A DNA stretch of 34,564 bases from Wenzhouxiangella sp. (GTDB lineage Bacteria; Pseudomonadota; Gammaproteobacteria; Xanthomonadales; Wenzhouxiangellaceae). Below, in pieces: positions 8,778 to 15,607 of the stretch. The stretch is from positions 1 through 34,564 of the forward strand of contig JAGYMV010000001.1 of NCBI GenBank assembly GCA_018400355.1, given 5' to 3'. A program made the translations under genes and the position numbers. Under the pieces are notes generated by a model. The model made no database searches, had not been told where the DNA came from, and worked only from the letters and a program-made list of their open reading frames with translations. Each line of letters begins with the position of its first letter. Positions within the stretch are counted from its first letter, which is position 1.

Positions 8778-9344
8778 ATGCCTAAGGCGCCTGAAGTGAA
8801 AAAAGGTCAAGTCATCGAGCACGATGGTGTGGTGTACTTGGTTCGTCAAATTGAGCGGTCTGCCCCCACAGCCCGTGGTGGCGGCACGCTCTACCGTTTT
8901 AAGTTGAGTGCCATTCCCTCAAATGACCGCCGCGAGCTGACTTTTAAAGGCGATGATGTTTTGAAAGAAGCAGATCTCGTGCGCCGTGTGTGTGAGTATT
9001 CTTATCGTGATGGCGATGATTGGGTTTTTATGGACCAAGAAGACTACACCCAATATGTGCTCTCAGACCAAGCGGTTGGGGAAGCGGCTCATTACCTTCT
9101 CGAAGGCCAGGCCGAAATTTATGTCTTGATCATTTCAGACCAACCCGTCTCCATTCAATTGCCCCAGTCGGTGACTTTAACAGTCGAAGAGACGGCGCCT
9201 GTGATGAAAGGCGCCACGGCCTCTCGTTCGGCTAAGCCGGCCAAATTAGAAACGGGTTTGGATGTGATGGTGCCCGACTACATCACCAATGGAGAAGCCA
9301 TCAAGGTCAACACAGAGACCGGTGAGTTCATGTCACGCGCTTGA
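8778..9344 (+). CDS. yeiP: Elongation factor P-like protein YeiP/EfpL
   Basis: EF-P fold with loop SAPTARGG (Arg at the tip rather than PGKG), FMDQEDY, KPAKLETGL, KVNTETGEFMSRA. GGAGG RBS before ATG 8778. Confidence 0.92.
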   Translation: MPKAPEVKKGQVIEHDGVVYLVRQIERSAPTARGGGTLYRFKLSAIPSNDRRELTFKGDDVLKEADLVRRVCEYSYRDGDDWVFMDQEDYTQYVLSDQAVGEAAHYLLEGQAEIYVLIISDQPVSIQLPQSVTLTVEETAPVMKGATASRSAKPAKLETGLDVMVPDYITNGEAIKVNTETGEFMSRA

Positions 9345-9377
9345 TCATTTGCTTGATTGATTGGACTGGCTGGTGGG

Positions 9378-10175
9378 TCAGAGATAGAGTGCCAGCAACA
9401 CAAGGCCTAAGATGATCCGGTAGGCGACAAAAGGTTGCATGCCAATGCGTCGGATAAAGGCCAAAAAGTAGTGGATGCTGAGATAGGTAGCGATTGCAGA
9501 GACAACAAAGCCGACCAAGAATAAAACGGGATCCAACGGCGTCTGTGATCTCAGTACATCGATTGAACTCAACAGCCCGGCGGCTGCAATGATGGGGATG
9601 GATAAAAGAAACGAAAAGCGCGTGGTGGCTTCTCGGCTCATCCCCAAAAAAAGCCCAGCGGTGATGGTGATGCCCGAGCGTGATGTACCAGGGATCAGCG
9701 CCAGTGCTTGAGCAAAGCCAATGATCAAGACATCACGAATTCCTAAGTCGTACTCATTGCGCTCACCTCGATAGCGCCAGTCGGCTAAGCCCAGTACCAG
9801 CCCAAATCCGATCAACGCCGAGGCCATGACCACTGGGCTTCTTAACGCCACCTCAGCGAAGTCTTTGAATAATAAGCCCAGCACGCCAGCGGGCAGAGTG
9901 CCCAAAATGATCAGCCAAGCCAGTTTGGCGTCTTGGCTATGTTCCTGGCCTGTCACAGAGGCCAGCCAATCACGGGCCATGGTGAAGATCTCTTGTCTGA
10001 AATAGGCAACCACAGCAAACAATGAGCCAAAGTGCAAAATGACATCGAAGTCGATGCCTTGGTAGTCTTGGCCCGTGATGAGGGAATAAATCACCAGATG
10101 CGCTTGGCTCGAGACGGGTAAGAACTCGGTGATGCCCTGCACCAGGGCCAGCAAAATGGCTTGAAGGATGTCCAT
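9378..10175 (-). CDS. uppP: Undecaprenyl-diphosphate phosphatase (BacA)
   Basis: QGITEFLPVSSQAH and ALIPGTSRSG signature motifs; polytopic membrane protein. Confidence 0.96.
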   Translation of the reverse strand: MDILQAILLALVQGITEFLPVSSQAHLVIYSLITGQDYQGIDFDVILHFGSLFAVVAYFRQEIFTMARDWLASVTGQEHSQDAKLAWLIILGTLPAGVLGLLFKDFAEVALRSPVVMASALIGFGLVLGLADWRYRGERNEYDLGIRDVLIIGFAQALALIPGTSRSGITITAGLFLGMSREATTRFSFLLSIPIIAAAGLLSSIDVLRSQTPLDPVLFLVGFVVSAIATYLSIHYFLAFIRRIGMQPFVAYRIILGLVLLALYL

Positions 10176-10261
10176 GGAATAGAAGTTTACCGCAGAACGA
10201 CTGATTGGCCTGAGGGTCAGCGGGCGCAGGTGGCCTGTTGTGCGTTATAATTTTGCTCCAA

Positions 10262-10338
10262 GCGCCCGTAGCTCAGCTGGATAGAGTGTTGCCCTCCGAA
10301 GGCAAAGGTCACAGGTTCGAATCCTGTCGGGCGCGCCA
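10262..10338 (+). tRNA. tRNA-Arg (anticodon CCG)
   Basis: 77-nt cloverleaf GCGCCCG...CGGGCGCGCCA with anticodon arm TTGCC-CTCCGAA-GGCAA, TTCGAAT T-loop and encoded CCA. TATAAT at 10246-10251 upstream. Confidence 0.97.
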
Positions 10339-10342
10339 CTTT

Positions 10343-10363
10343 TGACCGGGTCTATTCCGGTCA
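10343..10363 (+). terminator. Hairpin downstream of tRNA-Arg (possible terminator or processing signal)
   Basis: TGACCGG-N7-CCGGTCA perfect inverted repeat; only a weak U-tract. Confidence 0.4.
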
Positions 10364-10491
10364 CATGGTTTACACCTTTTCCACCGCCCAGTGGTTTGTC
10401 TCTTAAATAGGATAAATGACTCGCGAAGAAGGGGTCTTGCACTGCCTCCTTAAACGAACCTAGGCCCACTCACAGCAGGGCCTGGCCAGTA

Positions 10492-10530
10492 TGTAATATA
10501 GCCTTCATTTGAAATTTATATTTTCGTAAC
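10492..10530 (+). promoter_or_regulatory. Tandem Pho-box-like array upstream of TonB-dependent receptor 1
   Basis: Half-sites TGTAAT (10492), CTTCAT (10503), ATTTAT (10514) and CGTAAC (10525) at an exact 11-bp period. A -10-like TACGGT lies 10 bp downstream. Confidence 0.6.
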
Positions 10531-10576
10531 ATTTAGCGGGTACGGTCCTCGGTAAATATCAAGGGAGCGCCGCACC

Positions 10577-13369
10577 ATGAAAAAATCAATCATCGGTTTT
10601 ATATCAATTTTCTTCCTCCTGTTTTCTTTCCATGCAACCGCTCAGACGTCTGGTGCGGTGCAAGGTCGCGTGACCGATGCCAACGGCGGCGGCGTTCAAG
10701 GGGTTCGAGTGAGCATTCAGCCAGACGGCCCGTCTGTGGTGACAGACCAAGCTGGACGTTACCTTCTTGACGGCATTTCAGTCGGCGTTTTGGAGGTCAA
10801 TTTTGATTATTTGGGTACCGAATCTCAAACTGAGTCCGTCACGGTCTCTGCCGATACCAGTGCCCGGCTTGACATCGTGCTGACCTCAGACTTGGATCGT
10901 ATTTTGGTGCGGAGCCAAGCACAAGCCAATGCCAGCGCGCTCAATCAGTATAGAAATTCGGATGCCATCATCAATGTTGTCTCATCAGATGACATTGGTA
11001 ATTTTGTTGATCAGAATGTGGCTGAAGCGCTACAGCGTGTGCCTGGCATATCGATCAGTCGTGACCAGGGCGAGGGCCGATTCGTCAGTATTCGTGGTTT
11101 GAATGCCAATCTGAATAATGTCAGTTTGAATGGTATGCGTATCGGGACGCCTGAGGATGGCAACCGTGAGTTGCCACTGGACCTCGTTCCGACCGGTTCA
11201 ATTGAGCGTTTGGAAGTCATCAAAGTACCGACACCAGACATGCCCGGCGACGCAATTGGTGGATCAATTAATGTTGTATCCCCTTCAGCTTTCGATTCGG
11301 ATGGCCAAGTTCTCAAATATCGTATTGAGGGGCTACGAGCCGATTTGGGTGATGAAAATGGTGCACGTGGCGAGCTCGCGTACAGCAATGTCCTGGACGC
11401 CTTTGGTGGAGAGAGCAATGTTGGTATCTCGGCGGGCATTAACTACCTCGAACGGGACTTTCAATCCGACAATATTGAGACTGAATATGATTTTCTAGAC
11501 AATGTGGCGACAGGCAATGAAAGCTTTGTGCCCATTGAAACTCAGCAGCGCAAGTACTTCATCAAACGCGATCGGCTTGGGGCCCATCTGAATCTAGACT
11601 TTCGGCCTTCTTTCCGGAGTCGGTACTTTTTTAATGCGCTTTATAGCCAGTTCAATGACGCTGAAACCCGCCAACGCTCAATTAACATTTGGGAAGATGG
11701 TGACTTGGCGTCGGTGGATGGTGCCACCGCCCGCTTCACAGATATAGCCAACGATGGTATCCGCCGACGGATTCGTTTTCGGACAAAAGAGCAAGAGACC
11801 TTTGCACTGGCGCTTGGCGCAGAGCACCGGCTCGAGAACTGGGCCATAGACTATCGCGCAGGCTATTCCGAGGCCAGTGAGAACTCTCCAGATGAAATGG
11901 AGGGTCGATTTGAGTTTGATGGTGATAATGTCGATGCAGATGTCGTTTTTGGATCTGGTATCCCGGTGTTTGATGTGACGCGCAACGGCGCGAGTGCAGA
12001 TGATATTTTGCGCAACGAAGGCTCCTTGTTGGATCGAGTGGTGATGGAGTCAAAATTCGTCGATGAGGAAGACCTGAATTTCAGTCTCAATTTTGAGCGT
12101 GCATTCCAGTTCAACAGCGGCAATCGCTTCTTGCTCAAATTTGGTGCTGACGCGCGGTATAAAGACAAAGATGTGGACGTTAATGAGATCGAGTTGCGCT
12201 CGGTTCCAGACCTGAGCCTATCTCAGTTCAGCACCGCGCCATTTCCTTTCCCATTCGGAAGTTTAGGTGATGGCATCAGCTCTGCTGAGTTCCGCAATTA
12301 CTTCGCAGCCAATCGAGCTGATTTTGCTGAGCGTTCCAAAGATATTGGAGAAAATATCTTGTTGTCTGCCTCGGGCGACTTCCGCTCTTCTGAGGATGTA
12401 TTGGCGGCCTATTTGATGGGCACCTTTGATTTCAATGACTGGAGAATCATTGCGGGGGTCCGGATGGAGGACACTGACTTCAGCACGCGTGGTAACCAGA
12501 TTGATTTTAACGAAGATGATGAGGTTTCGGGCATTACTCCGATCAATGCCTCAAACAGTCATTTTGAGCTTTTGCCAGCACTTATTGCACGCTACAACGG
12601 ATTCGAGAACATCGTATTGCGGGCGGCGTGGACCAACACTTTGGCGCGGCCAAGTTTTGGCGATCTGTCCCCTGGCACAATCATTTTGCGTGAGGACCTG
12701 GAAGTTGAAACTGGTAACCCCAAGCTCAACCCAATCACCTCCTCTAATCTGGATTTCATGTTTGACTGGTATTTGCCGAAAGCAGGTATTGTTTCTGTTG
12801 GGCTGTTTTACAAGGACATTGAAGATTTTGTTGTCGATTTTGTCACTGACAACGACCCACTTTATCCGGGGTTTGAGGTTGAGCGCCCAATTAACGGGAC
12901 CAGTGGCGAAAGCAAAGGCATTGAGCTTAACTTCCAACATGACCTCAGTGTTTGGGGCGACTCGTTGGATGGCTTCTTGTTCGGTGCAAACTTAACCTTG
13001 ATGGACAACGACTTCCAAGTAGCAGAGCGCGCTGATGAGTCGTTCCCATTACCCGAGTCTGCTGAATCTGAAGCAAACATCTATCTCGGTTTTGAGCGTG
13101 GCCCATTGTCAACCCGCTTGGCTTGGTCGCAACGGGGTAAATACTTGGATGAGATTGGAGATGACACCAATTTCGATATTTATGTAGACGATCATGCTCA
13201 GCTCGATTTAACTGCTTCATGGCGGTTCAGCGAGAGCTTGGTGGGGTTGGCAGAAATCATTAACATTACCAACGAGCCGTTGCAGTTATACCAGGGTCAG
13301 GCTGGGAACGTGTTGCAGCTTGAGGAATATGGCGTGAGCTTCAGCGTGGGTCTTCGCGGGCAGTTCTAA
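10577..13369 (+). CDS. TonB-dependent receptor 1 (Xanthomonas/Caulobacter-type, with an N-terminal carboxypeptidase-regulatory-like domain)
   Basis: Signal peptide, GAVQGRVTD N-domain, plug NVAEALQRVPGISISRDQGEGRFVSIRG, GNPKLNP, C-terminal Phe (GLRGQF). Confidence 0.94.
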   Translation: MKKSIIGFISIFFLLFSFHATAQTSGAVQGRVTDANGGGVQGVRVSIQPDGPSVVTDQAGRYLLDGISVGVLEVNFDYLGTESQTESVTVSADTSARLDIVLTSDLDRILVRSQAQANASALNQYRNSDAIINVVSSDDIGNFVDQNVAEALQRVPGISISRDQGEGRFVSIRGLNANLNNVSLNGMRIGTPEDGNRELPLDLVPTGSIERLEVIKVPTPDMPGDAIGGSINVVSPSAFDSDGQVLKYRIEGLRADLGDENGARGELAYSNVLDAFGGESNVGISAGINYLERDFQSDNIETEYDFLDNVATGNESFVPIETQQRKYFIKRDRLGAHLNLDFRPSFRSRYFFNALYSQFNDAETRQRSINIWEDGDLASVDGATARFTDIANDGIRRRIRFRTKEQETFALALGAEHRLENWAIDYRAGYSEASENSPDEMEGRFEFDGDNVDADVVFGSGIPVFDVTRNGASADDILRNEGSLLDRVVMESKFVDEEDLNFSLNFERAFQFNSGNRFLLKFGADARYKDKDVDVNEIELRSVPDLSLSQFSTAPFPFPFGSLGDGISSAEFRNYFAANRADFAERSKDIGENILLSASGDFRSSEDVLAAYLMGTFDFNDWRIIAGVRMEDTDFSTRGNQIDFNEDDEVSGITPINASNSHFELLPALIARYNGFENIVLRAAWTNTLARPSFGDLSPGTIILREDLEVETGNPKLNPITSSNLDFMFDWYLPKAGIVSVGLFYKDIEDFVVDFVTDNDPLYPGFEVERPINGTSGESKGIELNFQHDLSVWGDSLDGFLFGANLTLMDNDFQVAERADESFPLPESAESEANIYLGFERGPLSTRLAWSQRGKYLDEIGDDTNFDIYVDDHAQLDLTASWRFSESLVGLAEIINITNEPLQLYQGQAGNVLQLEEYGVSFSVGLRGQF

Positions 13370-13475
13370 GGCTGGGTTGGGCCTCACTTAACACGCTGTC
13401 ATGTTTGTGTATTAAGTAGGGCTCTGCCACATTTTTGCTGCTTGTGGTTTGGAAGAATTGAAGCGAGAAGCATTG

Positions 13476-13508
13476 GCCTGGGATCGCACAGCAAGTGTGA
13501 TCCCAGGC
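13476..13508. repeat. 14-bp stem-loop in a convergent intergenic region
   Basis: GCCTGGGATCGCAC-AGCAA-GTGTGATCCCAGGC (one G-U pair). Confidence 0.75.
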
Positions 13509-13671
13509 AGGCTCTTTGGATGAAACAAAAAATTTGACACCAAACCGCATTGAGATCGATTCGGTGTTAACAATGCCTCCTTTTTCTATGTCTCTGCACT
13601 GGCCTGACTGAGGGCGATGAGCAGCTGTTCTTATGCGATATTGCGGAGGCGCTTTCCGTTCTTGACTCTAA

Positions 13672-13697
13672 GTGATGACTTAAGGTGATGACTTAAG
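13672..13697. repeat. Perfect 13-bp tandem repeat
   Basis: GTGATGACTTAAG x2. Confidence 0.85.
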
Positions 13698-13743
13698 CAA
13701 AGGGGCGAACGATAATCCAATGCCCGCCCGGAAGTTGATCGCA

Positions 13744-14475
13744 TCATCCCTTGGCCCTGATCTGGCCACCCTTTTTGTAGTGTCTGACCCACAATTGCGT
13801 GGCTGGAATCCCAATCGCGGCGGGTGCAATCCATGGCACCACCTGCCAAAATCCCTGTAAGGAATAATTAAACATTTGGTTGGCGCCAAATACGGCAAAG
13901 GCGGTGTGAAAAGCAATGCCCGCACCGAGCATGGCACCGAGGTGTTCATAGAGCCAGGTTTTGGGATCGGCTGGTGTTTCTTTAAATAACTTCAACATGC
14001 CCATGCCAGTCAACAAACCAATGGGTGACAAAGCCAACAAGACAACCATGTTGTCTGGTCGCCAGTACAAAGCCCATACCACCAAGAACAAGCTGCTGAG
14101 AATGCCGACCCATGCCAGACTGATTCGATAGGGGCTTTCAAGTTGGCTGAGGTCGCGCTTGTGTTTGAGCACCGCCATGCCATGGGACAAAGCAAGGCCT
14201 GTGATGATGGCCAGATAGCCCAAGAACAACAAAAATGACCAGCTCTCAGGACTGGCCCCGGGTCCTTCGCCTTGAGCAATGAGGCGAAGCAAATAAAGCA
14301 TCACAGCCAAGAGCGCAGACAACACAACAATCCAGCCGCTGTAACGAAAAAGGCTGCCTGCTTTTTTATGAAGCCAGCCACCTTTGCTGGTGACAATGGG
14401 TATCCAAAAAGCCATCAAGCCAAGATAGCCAATCACAATATGAAACCAGCGATTTGTTTCCAGCCAAGCATCCAT
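13744..14475 (-). CDS. Integral membrane protein (DUF2306-like), function unknown
   Basis: 243 aa with about 7 hydrophobic segments; HIVIG, KGGWLHKKAG and EHLGAMLGAGIAFHTAF motifs. GAGGG RBS. Confidence 0.75.
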   Translation of the reverse strand: MDAWLETNRWFHIVIGYLGLMAFWIPIVTSKGGWLHKKAGSLFRYSGWIVVLSALLAVMLYLLRLIAQGEGPGASPESWSFLLFLGYLAIITGLALSHGMAVLKHKRDLSQLESPYRISLAWVGILSSLFLVVWALYWRPDNMVVLLALSPIGLLTGMGMLKLFKETPADPKTWLYEHLGAMLGAGIAFHTAFAVFGANQMFNYSLQGFWQVVPWIAPAAIGIPATQLWVRHYKKGGQIRAKG

Positions 14476-14531
14476 GGTTCATCCCTCGCTTTCTGACCCG
14501 TCGATACTGGATACTTTTACCACGATAGCAA

Positions 14532-14600
14532 GGGCCAAGCCAGCTGGGTGCGCCGGCTATGTGGGCGCACCCGAAGGTCTCAACTTGGCTTGAAGAGCCC
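14532..14600. repeat. Nested GC-rich inverted repeat between the phosphoesterase and membrane-protein genes
   Basis: GGGC-CAAGCCA...GGGTGCGCC-N9-GGCGCACCC...TGGCTTG-AAGA-GCCC. Confidence 0.6.
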
Positions 14601-14637
14601 CAGCCTGCCGAGAGACAGACCAGGGTTAGGGGAGGGC

Positions 14638-15510
14638 TCAGTAGTCAAAGCGCTGGGTGAAACGAGGCAGGGTTTGCCCCGTGATGGCATCGATTGTCTC
14701 GATGACACCCAGCCCATCGCTGTAGAGCGTGACCAATCTAAAGTATGGATGGTGAAACGATTCATCTGGGATTTTGGTTCGTTCGAGGGCGGGGATGTGG
14801 ACATGGTGGACGCCTCGGTCTTGGACCACGCCATCCACGCGGTGAATGTCCATATGCAGGTCTCCAGAAAAAATCAAAGCCAGGCCATCATCCTCTGCTA
14901 AGGTTGGGAACTCGGGATGTGCCGTGCCCTTGTCACCACCTTCTGGAAAGATGCCGACTTGTGCGCCATGCACAAATAAGAATTTGGGCTGATTGGGCCT
15001 GGCCTCAAATTGCTCTTTGATCCATCCAACGCCTTCATCTGTGAACTCTCGGCCATCTAAATCAGGAGAGGCAGAGACAAAAGTCGCGACAGGATGGTCA
15101 ATGGTGTAGCGAATCGCGTCAATGGGCTGTGCGTTGTGACCCCAATGTTGCGCGTAGCGTAGGAACTTTTCTTTAGAGCCATTGAACTCCTCGTTACCCA
15201 TGATTGGATAAAAGGGTAACGACAGATTTTTCAATACGGCAGTCAAATTTTCATACTGGATGTCGGTGGCTTTGTGGGGCAAGTCGCCCACACCGAAAAC
15301 AAACTCGATGTCTCTGGTTTGTGCAATCGCATTGAGGGTTTCCACCGCAGCTGAGACACCCGGAAATTCTGCTTTTGGCTTGGGTTCGGCGTCACCAATG
15401 ACGGCGAACGTGATCACGGGTTCGGTGCCATAGGAGTGGGTGCTCATCATGGCCATTGCCCCCAAAAGCAAGGCCATTGGTCCCAATCGATTTTTAAGTT
15501 CACCCAACAT
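14638..15510 (-). CDS. Exported calcineurin-like metallophosphoesterase with non-canonical metal motifs
   Basis: Signal-peptide-like N-terminus. Motifs occur in canonical order and spacing: FAVIGDAE, GVGDL, IMGNEE, LFVH, FSGDLH. AGGAG RBS 7 nt before ATG 15510. Confidence 0.82.
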   Translation of the reverse strand: MLGELKNRLGPMALLLGAMAMMSTHSYGTEPVITFAVIGDAEPKPKAEFPGVSAAVETLNAIAQTRDIEFVFGVGDLPHKATDIQYENLTAVLKNLSLPFYPIMGNEEFNGSKEKFLRYAQHWGHNAQPIDAIRYTIDHPVATFVSASPDLDGREFTDEGVGWIKEQFEARPNQPKFLFVHGAQVGIFPEGGDKGTAHPEFPTLAEDDGLALIFSGDLHMDIHRVDGVVQDRGVHHVHIPALERTKIPDESFHHPYFRLVTLYSDGLGVIETIDAITGQTLPRFTQRFDY

Positions 15511-15538
15511 CACATAGCTCCTTTGTTTTAAAGTAGAA

Positions 15539-15556
15539 GAGTCATTTAACTCTCAT
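15539..15556 (+). promoter_or_regulatory. Pho-box-like site in the divergent phosphoesterase/phytase intergenic region
   Basis: GAGTCAT-TTAA-CTCTCAT (7-4-7 layout), with a -10-like TCTAAT exactly 10 bp downstream and an extra TTGTCAC at 15586-15592. Confidence 0.6.
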
Positions 15557-15607
15557 TCTGCACAATTCTAATTTTGTGCAACGCATTGTCACACCACGAT
15601 TATAAGG

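Noticed and set aside
10245-10469. 74-aa minus-strand ORF
   Set aside because: Antisense to tRNA-Arg; a typical spurious tRNA-shadow ORF.
13341-13550. 69-aa minus-strand ORF in the convergent gap
   Set aside because: The nearest AGGAGG is about 25 nt from the ATG, there are no motifs, and it overlaps the receptor 3' end.
13672-13697. Possible CRISPR repeat remnant
   Set aside because: Only two adjacent 13-bp units, with no spacers and no cas genes.
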